64,000 nt of DNA from an uncultured bacterium (lineage in GTDB: Bacteria > Babelota > Babeliae > Babelales > Babelaceae): NCBI GenBank assembly GCA_963848965.1, contig CAWKFG010000004.1:808876-872875 (forward strand), in the 5' to 3' direction. The stretch's first letter is position 1. Each line of letters opens with the position of its first letter. This document shows, piece by piece, positions 31,863 through 41,918 of the stretch. The position numbers were made by a program, and so were the translations under genes. The notes below the pieces were generated by a model that ran no database searches, had not been told where the DNA came from, and saw only the letters and a list, made by a program, of their open reading frames with translations.

Positions 31863-31888
31863 AAAGGTTCCCTTTCAAGGGAACCTTT
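31863..31888. terminator. Bidirectional intrinsic terminator
   Basis: AAAGGTTCCCTT-TC-AAGGGAACCTTT between convergent genes. Confidence 0.8.
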
Positions 31889-31890
31889 TC

Positions 31891-33096
31891 TTATTCATAA
31901 ATACTAGAAAGCTTAAGAATCTTCATCTGAGTAATTTGCTTGCATACATGGCCAGCCTTATTTAAAATTTTAAGCGGTTGTTTTTCTTTATAGGCTCTTA
32001 AAAGCTCTTCAAAAGAGTGAATACCTTCAAAGAACTTAGAAATATGGATTGACTGGCTGATACCAAAGCCATGTGGATAGCCCCGAGCTTCAATAAGCTC
32101 ATTATTTTTTAAATCTCCTACTACCATAATATGAATGGGATACCAAATTAAATCGCCCTCTTCTAGAGTATCTGATTTACCTAATTCCCTTAAGTTATTT
32201 ATAGCGGCAAATGTAGTTTTGCAGAAGTATGGCATACCACATACTTGAGCGGCACGTAAAATAAGAGTAGCACATTCAAATCCTGTATAGGGCTTAGCTC
32301 CTGGTCGATCCCACAAAGTCACTTTTTGCCCATTTTTTATATTCTCTTGTATTGTAAAGTTATCTGGCTCAACTAATGATATAAAACTACAACCGCCCCA
32401 AATGTAAGGAATTTTAGACGTAGTTGCAGTCCAAGCTTTCAAGATTTTGACAAAGGCATCTTTAGAATACGTAACGACGCTAACCTCTTTTGGTATCAAC
32501 GCTATTTTAGCAGTGTAAGAAGCAAAATTAATCATTTTTATAGCATATGCTTTTGAAGTGTCATAACTAGGTACACGCACAAAGCGAGTTCCTGCTGAAT
32601 ACCATATGCCAGTTTCTTTATCTTGCCAAGGAAAGGCTAACGTCAAGATACCATCTAAAAGGATATATTTACTAAAATTTTCTGTATAAGGCGCAGGAAC
32701 AGCATCTAAATTCCCTAGCTTATTCTTAAGGTCTTTAAGGTATAATATGTCTTTTTTTTGCATCCAAAATAGGTTCGATCTTTTTCCTTCTGCAGTATAA
32801 TAATAATTGTTATTAATCAGACAACAAATTTCATCTCCTCTTACTTCAACTACTTTAACAACTTCGTTAAACAAAGGTTGATATGCACGAAGACCAATTA
32901 TTTTCCCATCTGCTTGAATTTCTAAAGCAGGTAACTCATACGAATCTCCGTGCCCTTTTATAACTTGCTCTTCAGCTGCATCTGTAACTGGTACAATTAT
33001 AATAGCTTCAGTAGAAAGCTCATGTTGATCCCAATAACCTGCAGTTATACATGGAAAAACTAATGTTAAAGTAATAAAAAGTAGTTTTTTAGACAT
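31891..33096 (-). CDS. NlpC/P60 family peptidase, secreted
   Basis: PYIWGG, GFEC (catalytic Cys), GDLIW..HIMV (His), LIEA. Confidence 0.8.
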   Translation of the reverse strand: MSKKLLFITLTLVFPCITAGYWDQHELSTEAIIIVPVTDAAEEQVIKGHGDSYELPALEIQADGKIIGLRAYQPLFNEVVKVVEVRGDEICCLINNNYYYTAEGKRSNLFWMQKKDILYLKDLKNKLGNLDAVPAPYTENFSKYILLDGILTLAFPWQDKETGIWYSAGTRFVRVPSYDTSKAYAIKMINFASYTAKIALIPKEVSVVTYSKDAFVKILKAWTATTSKIPYIWGGCSFISLVEPDNFTIQENIKNGQKVTLWDRPGAKPYTGFECATLILRAAQVCGMPYFCKTTFAAINNLRELGKSDTLEEGDLIWYPIHIMVVGDLKNNELIEARGYPHGFGISQSIHISKFFEGIHSFEELLRAYKEKQPLKILNKAGHVCKQITQMKILKLSSIYE

Positions 33097-33276
33097 TAAG
33101 ACTCCGATATACTTTTTAATAAATTAAAACTATACACAAAAGTATATTAATTTTTGAAAGTTTTGACTAGACAGAAAGTGCATTTTTTACTATCATTATG
33201 ATGATTCGTTAATTCCAATCAGAATTTTAATACCAGATAAATATAAGTATAAATAAGATATATCTGAAAGCTATCA

Positions 33277-34596
33277 ATGAAAACAACTTTAAAAAGAACC
33301 ATTCTTTTCTTTTTAATAAGCTTTTTAGCTTGTATAGCCACTATACGGTTGGAAAATAACCCAACCTTACTAGAAAAATTACATATCACCATGGTGAGTA
33401 ATGACGATTGGATAAAAGAGCTCAATGAAGCAGGTATCTTAACCCAACCTTGCAAAAAGCTCTCTATAGAGAAGAAACAATACGATATACCTTTATTTAA
33501 GCATTATCCTCAACTGCTAGGAAAATTACCCTATATCTCTCTAGGTAATCTTCCTACACCAATTATGAAACTTGAAAACTTGTCTTCAAAACCAGGTTAT
33601 CCTATCATTTACGTAAAAAGAGATGACCTTACAGGTACCTCACAAGAATATGGAGGCAATAAGGTAAGAAAACTTGAACCTCTCTTTGGTGAAGCCTTAA
33701 TGCATGGTGCTACCGAGATTATTACCTTAGGATGGGCAGGATCTAATAGTGCAGTTGCTACATCTGCATATGCAAAAAAGCTGGGCTTAAAATGTACTTG
33801 TATGCTAAAACCTCAAGATAATTCATCTCTTTTACAAAAGAACTTATTACTTCATACCCATTATGGAACAGAGCTCCACTATTATCCTGACAATAATTGG
33901 CGCAAACTTGGTACCATTACCTTATGGCATAATAGAAAACAGGTAACTGGAAGGTATCCGTATATTATTCCCACTGGTGGTTCTAATGCATTAGGTACTA
34001 TAGGCTTTGTAAATGCTGCTCTAGAGCTTAAAAAGCAGATTTTAGACGGGCAAATGCCTGAGCCAGACCGCATTTATGTAGCATGTGCAGGAATGGCTAC
34101 TAGTGTAGGACTAATCCTTGGATGTAAGCTTGCTCAACTAAAAACACAGGTAATTCCAGTAATAGTAGGGCCGGAAGAAACTCCTGGTCAATACAAAACA
34201 GGAATTAAAAAGCTCTTTGATGAAGCACTTGCTCTTCTTCGTAGCTATGATCCATCAATACCTTTTCTACAAGTTCCAGAAGATATAGCAATTAATTATG
34301 ATTTTAGTGGCCCAAAATATGGTATATTTACTTTACAAGGTATGAACGCTCAAAAACTAGCACAAGAGCTAGAAAACCTTAACTTAGATGGTATCTATAC
34401 AGCAAAAGCATTTGCAGCTCTTTTAGATGATATAAAGAATAAGAAAATTACAACAGATGAGATAGTTCTTTTTTGGAATACTTACTGCGGTCTTGATTTT
34501 TCAAAGCTTACTGATTCTCTCAATTACTCTCAATTACCTTCAAGCTTTCATCACTACTTCCAGACAGAATTGCAACCTTTAGAAAGATCACTATAA
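33277..34596 (+). CDS. D-cysteine desulfhydrase/ACC deaminase family PLP enzyme with N-terminal signal-like extension
   Basis: PTPI, VKRDD, YGGNKVRKL, GSN, IPTGGS, LDGIYTAKA. Confidence 0.88.
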   Translation: MKTTLKRTILFFLISFLACIATIRLENNPTLLEKLHITMVSNDDWIKELNEAGILTQPCKKLSIEKKQYDIPLFKHYPQLLGKLPYISLGNLPTPIMKLENLSSKPGYPIIYVKRDDLTGTSQEYGGNKVRKLEPLFGEALMHGATEIITLGWAGSNSAVATSAYAKKLGLKCTCMLKPQDNSSLLQKNLLLHTHYGTELHYYPDNNWRKLGTITLWHNRKQVTGRYPYIIPTGGSNALGTIGFVNAALELKKQILDGQMPEPDRIYVACAGMATSVGLILGCKLAQLKTQVIPVIVGPEETPGQYKTGIKKLFDEALALLRSYDPSIPFLQVPEDIAINYDFSGPKYGIFTLQGMNAQKLAQELENLNLDGIYTAKAFAALLDDIKNKKITTDEIVLFWNTYCGLDFSKLTDSLNYSQLPSSFHHYFQTELQPLERSL

Positions 34597-34863
34597 AAGA
34601 AGGCTGTCTAATAACCATTTTTCTGCACAACACCAGTTCAAGCTAAGAACTATAGATAGCATGAACTTTGGGCTTAAAAGTTAGGCAGTAAGAATATGTC
34701 CACTTATTTTAGTCTATTTTTGGAACGGGATATCTATAGATAAAAACAGCCCAAGAAGAAAGAAGTATATACCTTATCCTCCTTCAGTTGCTGTCTATTA
34801 TAATCTACAATAATCGTATTTTATCGTAAAAAACAGCACTTTTTAATCATCAAACACAATCTC

Positions 34864-34893
34864 TTGAAGATCGAATAATCACCATGCTACAAT
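34864..34893 (+). promoter_or_regulatory. Promoter of 34931-35332, duplicated at 58561
   Basis: TTGAAG-18 bp-TACAAT with an extended -10 TG. Confidence 0.5.
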
Positions 34894-34930
34894 TCAATTA
34901 CAAAAGTATTCTATTTATAAGAGGAATTAT

Positions 34931-35332
34931 ATGAAAATCTTATTTTTGCTTATCACTCTTGTAACAATAAACACATATTCAACAATACCTCAAGAAGAGA
35001 GCTCATCTCTTCCAAACAAAAGACCCACAACAGTTCGAGTAAATAGAATTTATCACCTATTTAAATCTATAGGGAGTTTGTCAAGTGTCTTTCTCTGTCT
35101 CGTAGCAAGTCGCTATATATACATAAGGCTAGCTAGTGATTTTGATTTACCTAATAATGCTCGAATTGGTGAAACTCTTTTATACAGACTCTACTTTTGT
35201 GGTGGTATATTCGCTATCATCGGTCTAGCCGATACAGCATACTATAAGTGGCAAACCTTTACTGAATCTCTACAAAAATGCTTAGATGGTCACTATGAAC
35301 AAATTTGCAACCATGTAAACTATACTAGCTAG
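34931..35332 (+). CDS. Hypothetical membrane protein
   Basis: GAGG RBS, signal peptide, two hydrophobic segments. Confidence 0.65.
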   Translation: MKILFLLITLVTINTYSTIPQEESSSLPNKRPTTVRVNRIYHLFKSIGSLSSVFLCLVASRYIYIRLASDFDLPNNARIGETLLYRLYFCGGIFAIIGLADTAYYKWQTFTESLQKCLDGHYEQICNHVNYTS

Positions 35333-35345
35333 TAGTTATTTTTGT

Positions 35346-35696
35346 TTAAGTAGAAGAAGCTTTCTCATCTTGAACTTCAGCAGACTGGCTAGAGCTATTT
35401 TCCTTTGCTTTACTTTCATCTTCTTCTTTTAATAACCCTAAAACTCGAAAGACTCCAAGAATTCTCTCTTCATCTTTTTTTTGTTCTTTTCGCATATAGG
35501 CAGCATCTGCCTCTGCAATTTTATAACTTGTCTCGTTAAAATCCGTCCACATATCCTTTGCCACTGCCCACCAAGTACTTAAAAAAGAGCTTTCTTCTGT
35601 AGCTTGCTCTTTCGCTGCCATAGCTTTGCTCTCATAAACCCCAAAAGTACCTACGAAGAAAACAGAAGTTAATAAGAAGATATTAATCTTTACCAT
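35346..35696 (-). CDS. Hypothetical secreted protein
   Basis: GGAG RBS, signal peptide ending SKA-M. Confidence 0.65.
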   Translation of the reverse strand: MVKINIFLLTSVFFVGTFGVYESKAMAAKEQATEESSFLSTWWAVAKDMWTDFNETSYKIAEADAAYMRKEQKKDEERILGVFRVLGLLKEEDESKAKENSSSQSAEVQDEKASST

Positions 35697-35849
35697 TTAG
35701 CACTCCTTTGACTAAGGCCAAACAAACACTGTCTATTTTTCAGAATAATTCAAAAACGGTAAAATTTCAATTTTTAACAATAAAATTTTGCTGGTTCAAA
35801 GTTATACGGTAACTGTAAGGTATATTTTATTACTATCTTTAGGTGTCTC

Positions 35850-36197
35850 ATGAAATACTTTCTATACATTAGATTACTATTATTTAGTTTTTATAGCACT
35901 GTTCAGTGTATTATTGAGTCAATTGATACACTTAAAAGCAGAAACGTCGGTCCCTATGTTTATCTTTATACTGATAGACATAGAGACGATCTTCCAGAAT
36001 TAGATGAGCAAGAGCTTCATGCGCTTAAACATTTTTTAGAAATACACGCTTGCAGAGGAGAAATAATTCACGTCTGCATCGAAGTTACCATTCCGCTTAC
36101 AAAAGCAAATACAGCTTTGCTCACACGAGATATTTTAAAAGAAGAGTATTTTAGGACACCTTTATTATGTGGTAATGGCTTTAAGTGGTTGAAGTAA
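35850..36197 (+). pseudogene. 3'-truncated family C gene
   Basis: Has YLYTDRH and VCIE motifs but ends at 115 aa, overlapping the convergent gene; no GxxH. Confidence 0.55.
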
Positions 36198-37382
36198 TTT
36201 TATCTTCAGCTCAAAATTCTTAATAAGGCTATCAAGCATCGTATGTATCTCTTTTAACCGAGTAAAATCTGATGAGACTTTTGTAAGAGCAGTTCCATAT
36301 TTTATATTACGTAATAAGCTCAAAGTAAATAAGCTTGCAGCAGATGCTATCACATAGTATTGTAATTTTCGCTGAGTATCTTTCTCTATAAATGAAGCCA
36401 CAGTAAAACTTATAATTATCCAGCCAATAAGACTAGGTATATAAAACCCATAATATGCCAAATCTCCCTTATTCTTATGACATAATTCTTTCAGCGTTTC
36501 CCACAATATAATGTACCACCCTATTTCTTTATTTAAATATGGCCCAATTAAACCTTCTACAGTACATTTTAAGCAGTTTAATATTTCAATAGCTGCCATA
36601 TATAATAACTTTTTATGAGTAACCTCAGTAGAAGTATAAAGTGACTCAATAAAATTAAAGTTCTTTATATATTCTTCAAGCGCAATTCTAAAAGCCTTAC
36701 TATCATAATCCCATATAGCATCTTGTAATGAACTAAAATCTTTATAAGGACGTCTAAGAATATTATCATCACTACTACCATACTTCACTGTTTTATAAAA
36801 TCTATTTACACCCTTTAATACTTTTTCCTCAGGAACTCTTATTAGTCTCCCGTTAAAATTTGTAATTTCCTTTTTTGCGGTAACTGCTCCAGGGGTAATA
36901 TGACGAATGATATAATCCTTAAAGACTCTCATATTGCGATCTTTATTAGGTAAGTAATCCATAATTTCTCGCCATGCTGCAGCATATCGAGGAGTAAGCA
37001 AAACGTTAGGACAAAAATTATGTAAAGCAGAAACGACATCTACAAAATCCTTATCAGCACGTGCATGCATTAATACTTCTCCAAGATCTCTATTCTTTCT
37101 TGGTATTTTATTCTGCATTATAAAAGATTTGAGCTCTGGCTGAGAAGAAAGCACGTTTGAAAGAGCCTTTCTTCCTTCTTTGCTTAAAGCTGTATAAACA
37201 TTCTCAATAAATTTCTGATCTAAAGCAGGAACCTGTGCATGCCCCTCCAATTGTAATAGCCCCTCTTCTAATCTGCAATCTTCTAAAAGTGGTTTTTTAT
37301 AGTCATTCATCTCCATAGATCTAATTGGCAAAACCACTGCTATGGCAAAAAATACAAATAATGTAGTTAACGAAAATCTCAT
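36165..37382 (-). CDS. Hypothetical secreted/membrane protein
   Basis: Signal peptide + ME; two C-terminal hydrophobic helices. Confidence 0.7.
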   Translation of the reverse strand: MRFSLTTLFVFFAIAVVLPIRSMEMNDYKKPLLEDCRLEEGLLQLEGHAQVPALDQKFIENVYTALSKEGRKALSNVLSSQPELKSFIMQNKIPRKNRDLGEVLMHARADKDFVDVVSALHNFCPNVLLTPRYAAAWREIMDYLPNKDRNMRVFKDYIIRHITPGAVTAKKEITNFNGRLIRVPEEKVLKGVNRFYKTVKYGSSDDNILRRPYKDFSSLQDAIWDYDSKAFRIALEEYIKNFNFIESLYTSTEVTHKKLLYMAAIEILNCLKCTVEGLIGPYLNKEIGWYIILWETLKELCHKNKGDLAYYGFYIPSLIGWIIISFTVASFIEKDTQRKLQYYVIASAASLFTLSLLRNIKYGTALTKVSSDFTRLKEIHTMLDSLIKNFELKIKLLQPLKAITT

Positions 37383-37662
37383 TATTTTCTCCTACTAGTA
37401 ATATATATTATCAGTTATCAACAACAAACTATGAATAAATACTAGCAAAAAACATTTATTATGGCAATATAAAATACACAATTAGCATATACAACACTAC
37501 TGTACCATTTATAGATGTTAGCTATTAACCTACAAATTCTTAGATCATTCCCTTTACAATTTTGTTCATAGCTCAGTATACTTGCATATATGTTAAGAAA
37601 CAAACCTTTCTTTATAATTAGCTATTAATTAAAGCTCTGGTTATCGATAAAGGAAAAAATAG

Positions 37663-40029
37663 ATGCTCAAGCTTTTATTTTTCATTTTTTTTCTAATTAC
37701 GGCGCCTCTTCGTGGATTAGATTCAATTGATAATCTTCTTACGTTTACTCAAACTCATGATGAATATCCAGAAGCGGATAATGATAATATTGCTAATCTT
37801 CGCTATACCAACTTTTACAAAAAGAGTATTCCTACTTTTTGGAAACGCTTTCTAGCAAGATTAGGTCTCGCTACCTTTGACGCTCAACAATACTATCTCA
37901 ATCTAAAAGAAATAACCGAAAAAAGACTTAAAGAAGGTTTACGAAAGAGGCATACTCGTGTTCTTAAAGTTCCTGCTGGTACACAGTTTTTAATTATTAG
38001 CAATACTCAAGGTGACTTACATTCACTTACCCGTATATTTAATGCACTATACCAAAATCATATTATAGACCAGAACTTTAAAATCTTAAGCACTAATCTT
38101 TACCTTATTTTTAACGGTAATATGACTACAAGCTCTCCTTATGCTTTAGAAAGTCTTAACGTTATTATAAACATTCTAAAAGCAAATCCGGGACATGCTT
38201 TCTTCATTAAAGGTACTTACTCAGATAAGGAGCAATGGAAAACAAGAGCACTCGGCTATCAAGTAGATATTCGGCTCTCTTACTTTAAAGATGCTCCCTC
38301 TGTTACTAGAGAATTCTTTAACACTCTCCCTTTAGGAATATACATACTTTCAGAAGATCCTAATGAGCCTCCTATTCGTATATCTCACTATGATCTAAGT
38401 GCACAAGAATTCAATAATCTGGAATGTTCTCTTAAATCACCGCATACATCTCAAATTCAAGAAGGCATATGTTTAGTGGGAGAGCCAACTGCACCACCTC
38501 AAGGACCGCTAACCGCTCTTATTGCCGGAAAAGATGATAACGTTGATCTTAGTAATTCTCGTGGCCTTCTCTTTGTTCAACGAGAAAATCCGCCTACTTG
38601 GAAAGTCTTTTCTAGCCCCTCTCGATATTATAGACAAAAATTTGGCTTTATTTACGATGCTTTTGGGCTTCTTACTATAGGCAAATCTGTTAAATCTAGC
38701 TTTATCAGTCTATTTAATGAAAATGTGCTTCACCCTGGTTTTAAGCTTGCAAAAACGTACAGCATCGTTACAGGGAAACCTTTAACAGTTCCTCAAATTA
38801 AAGGCTCTAAAAATTGGCAAAATCTTTTTCAAAAGCTCAGCTCGTTAGCAAAAGACACCAATCTAAAGCAGTTCCAACATAAGCAAGTTTTAACCAAGAC
38901 AACCGATAGCCATCCTCAAAAAACTACAAAAGGAATCGTAGAGTTAGGCTCTAGCGTAGACCTTTCAAGAAGCTTAAAAAACTTAGGTCGTGATATCCGC
39001 ATAGGAATTTCACTTGCTTTAAATGGAATAAACCAATCAGGAGGGATAAATGGTAAATCCTATCAAGTTACTATACTTGATGATCAATATACTCCATTGC
39101 TTACTAGAAAAAACGTAGATTATTTCTTAAAGAAAGGCATAAGCTTAATCCTTATTCCTACAGGAAGTCCTACTCTGGAAGCGTGTTTAGATTTAATTAA
39201 AAACAGAAAGATCCTTGTTCTATTTCCAACAACTGGAGCTGATCTCTTTAGAAAACCTGAGTTAGAATATATTGTACATTTTAGGAAATCTAATAGAATT
39301 CAAGCGAAAATAGTAGTTGAACACTTAGTAAAACAATCTACGTCACTAAAAAAGTTTGCTTTTTTCTACCAAAACGATCTTCATGGCAACGAATCACTAA
39401 AAGGGGCTTTAGAATCTCTTAAAAAGGCTAGAATAAAAAATTGGGTTTTAGTCCCTTACACTTCAAATACATTATTAAAAATACCGGAAGCAGCAGAAAC
39501 TATAAGAAAAGCTAATCCCGACGCTATCGGTCTCTTTTCGACGCTTCCTCCAGCCATAGAACTTTTACGGCAATTAGGCGGTGAATTTTTAGAACCTAAA
39601 ATGATTTTTACTAATTCAACATTAGGAGAAAAGTCTTTCCGTGAATTTTTAGATTCGTTAGGATTAAAAGCTACCATAGCGCAAGTAACTCCTAACCCGC
39701 AAACAAGTTCCCTAGAAATAGTTAAAGAATATAGAAATGAGATAGTAAAAAAAGGTTTTAAAACAGACCCTTATTCTCTCGAAGGTTATATAGCAACTCA
39801 GTTAACTGCAGATTTTCTTAAGAAAATATCTGGGCCTATTACAAAGCCTTCACTCTTAAAACTAATTAAAAGTTTAAAAAACTATAACTTTAAAGGATTA
39901 AATTTAAACTTTAACCCAAAAACGCATGAAATTGCAGACTACCTTTGGATAGAAGAGCCAACAGGACAATGGATAGAATATAAAATTAAAGATGATGAAG
40001 GCAATGTTGTTTCTCAAAAGTCTATATGA
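37663..40029 (+). CDS. Fusion: degenerate metallophosphoesterase-like domain + LivJ-type periplasmic binding protein
   Basis: N-terminal half very similar to 29515-31857; binding domain more diverged. Confidence 0.8.
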   Translation: MLKLLFFIFFLITAPLRGLDSIDNLLTFTQTHDEYPEADNDNIANLRYTNFYKKSIPTFWKRFLARLGLATFDAQQYYLNLKEITEKRLKEGLRKRHTRVLKVPAGTQFLIISNTQGDLHSLTRIFNALYQNHIIDQNFKILSTNLYLIFNGNMTTSSPYALESLNVIINILKANPGHAFFIKGTYSDKEQWKTRALGYQVDIRLSYFKDAPSVTREFFNTLPLGIYILSEDPNEPPIRISHYDLSAQEFNNLECSLKSPHTSQIQEGICLVGEPTAPPQGPLTALIAGKDDNVDLSNSRGLLFVQRENPPTWKVFSSPSRYYRQKFGFIYDAFGLLTIGKSVKSSFISLFNENVLHPGFKLAKTYSIVTGKPLTVPQIKGSKNWQNLFQKLSSLAKDTNLKQFQHKQVLTKTTDSHPQKTTKGIVELGSSVDLSRSLKNLGRDIRIGISLALNGINQSGGINGKSYQVTILDDQYTPLLTRKNVDYFLKKGISLILIPTGSPTLEACLDLIKNRKILVLFPTTGADLFRKPELEYIVHFRKSNRIQAKIVVEHLVKQSTSLKKFAFFYQNDLHGNESLKGALESLKKARIKNWVLVPYTSNTLLKIPEAAETIRKANPDAIGLFSTLPPAIELLRQLGGEFLEPKMIFTNSTLGEKSFREFLDSLGLKATIAQVTPNPQTSSLEIVKEYRNEIVKKGFKTDPYSLEGYIATQLTADFLKKISGPITKPSLLKLIKSLKNYNFKGLNLNFNPKTHEIADYLWIEEPTGQWIEYKIKDDEGNVVSQKSI

Positions 40030-40166
40030 TATTTTATAAAACTATTTAACTTCCTAATCTTATAAGTACTCTATCTAAAATATTTTTATTAATGCTTGCA
40101 ATAAATATCGCTTATGTTATTTTGAAAATTATAATAATTAAAGAACAAATCTAATTAGAGTAAACC

Positions 40167-40862
40167 ATGAATACAAAAATATCCTATCTTATTACATTAG
40201 CAGTAGTAACTCTGTACCCTTTAGCTATTATGGCAGAAATTATAGTACCATATTATGACACTTATGTAATTTCTCAACAGAATTATCCTAAAGAAATTTT
40301 CAAGAGTTTTACTATTATAGAAACCCCTAGACTCATTTTACGAAAGATACAGCTTCAGGATAAACAAGATATATTTGACATTACCTCAGACCACTCTGTA
40401 GTAAAATACACCTCAACCTTAGAATTTACTAAGTCAATCACAGATGTAGAACTTCTTATTAATATTATGACAGAACGTTATGATAAAGACCTTCCTACAA
40501 GATGGGTCATTTTTCATAAAGGAGATAAAAAAGTTATAGGAATTTGTGGCTTTTATGACTATGTTCCTATGTATGCTCGTGCTGAATTAGGTTATGCCCT
40601 TTCTCGTGCTTACTGGGGAAAAGGATTAGGCACTGAAGCTGCTCAAGCAGTAGTAGATTTTGGCTTTAAAAATATGAATCTAAATAGAATCGAAGCTACA
40701 TGTGATCCAGAAAATCGTGCCTCTTCTCATATTTTGGAAAAAGTAGGCATGAAATACGAAGGAATATTACGTCAACATATCTTCAAAGATGGCAAATATT
40801 GTGATAGAAAAATGTATGCTATTTTAAGAAGTGACTGGGCAGAACAAAGAGTATATGATTAA
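40167..40862 (+). CDS. GNAT acetyltransferase, RimJ/RimL type, with N-terminal signal-like extension
   Basis: IETPRLILR, ELGYAL..YWGKGLGTEA, N.AS..ILEKVGM..EG.LR. Confidence 0.88.
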   Translation: MNTKISYLITLAVVTLYPLAIMAEIIVPYYDTYVISQQNYPKEIFKSFTIIETPRLILRKIQLQDKQDIFDITSDHSVVKYTSTLEFTKSITDVELLINIMTERYDKDLPTRWVIFHKGDKKVIGICGFYDYVPMYARAELGYALSRAYWGKGLGTEAAQAVVDFGFKNMNLNRIEATCDPENRASSHILEKVGMKYEGILRQHIFKDGKYCDRKMYAILRSDWAEQRVYD

Positions 40863-40986
40863 ATGCAAGTCAGTTTGCATTTACATTTACCTAAACTAAT
40901 AACTCTTTAAGCATCTGTTATAGCAGAATCTTTTTAAAAGTGCATAGCAAGTTAGCATTTACTCACAACTTTCTGTTTTAAAACTT

Positions 40987-41841
40987 TTATTTTGGGGGGT
41001 TATATCCAGCACCCCGACCAGTAAGAGATTGTATCATCCCATTAAACTCAATTTCTGCCTTAAGCAAGGCATATGCTCCCTTTATTAGATTTATAGCTTC
41101 ATCTATAAATTTTTGTAGCTTTGGATATTTCTCTTCTTCTGCTTCCCATTGTTTTAATAATCTTTCATAAGCTCCAGTTATATCAGCAAGATCTGCATTT
41201 TCAGGGACAGCTAAAACATAACGAGGTAGTATTTCTATCCCTTTTCTTATAGCTTCAGCAACGCGAGGGAATGCATCGCTTACCTTATAGCTTGCTGGTA
41301 CCAATGTCTTTTCACCTCCTCTTTCAAGCTCTAATCGAATAGATGTAGGTTTAGTCTCAAAGGACCTTAAGTTTTGAAAAGGTTTATCAGGAAGTGAGAT
41401 TGTCAAATCTGCGCTTTTAATTGGGCTAGCTTTTAATGCTGGACCTACCTCCTGCATAAGATTCTTTGGCGTTATAATCGGAGCAGCACTGAATAAACCT
41501 TGCCACCTGCCATAGAGCTTTATAGTAAGAGTTTGTATCTCTTCTGGATTATCAAGTATCAAGCGTGGTTGAATATTACCAGAAGCAGCTGCCAATACAT
41601 TTTGGCCTTTTATATTACCCTTTTTCTCATACTCTACAAGAATATCCCATGTTGTAGTATTAATAAGTGTAAGTCTTCCTTTTATTTCTTGTTCTGCCTT
41701 TTGTTGCACCGGTACTCTTTGTGGTGCTCTAGGGTCTCCATAGAACATTTCTCTTTCCAAGGGACCTTCTTTTTCCATAGCTTTGGTTAAAGAGATTATG
41801 GTGAAAATTGGTATAAATACTAAAATAAAACACTTCTTCAT
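40987..41841 (-). CDS. Secreted family B protein (divergent) with the clearest J-domain-like C-terminus
   Basis: PRYVLAVPENADLADITGAYERLLKQW...AINLIKGAYALL; no HPD. Confidence 0.7.
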   Translation of the reverse strand: MKKCFILVFIPIFTIISLTKAMEKEGPLEREMFYGDPRAPQRVPVQQKAEQEIKGRLTLINTTTWDILVEYEKKGNIKGQNVLAAASGNIQPRLILDNPEEIQTLTIKLYGRWQGLFSAAPIITPKNLMQEVGPALKASPIKSADLTISLPDKPFQNLRSFETKPTSIRLELERGGEKTLVPASYKVSDAFPRVAEAIRKGIEILPRYVLAVPENADLADITGAYERLLKQWEAEEEKYPKLQKFIDEAINLIKGAYALLKAEIEFNGMIQSLTGRGAGYNPPK

Positions 41842-41918
41842 TGCTTCTCCTACTTAACTTATTTTATTATAATAGTAATAAAGAGTATTAGTGGGAGTCA
41901 ACAGTATGTATACCATTT

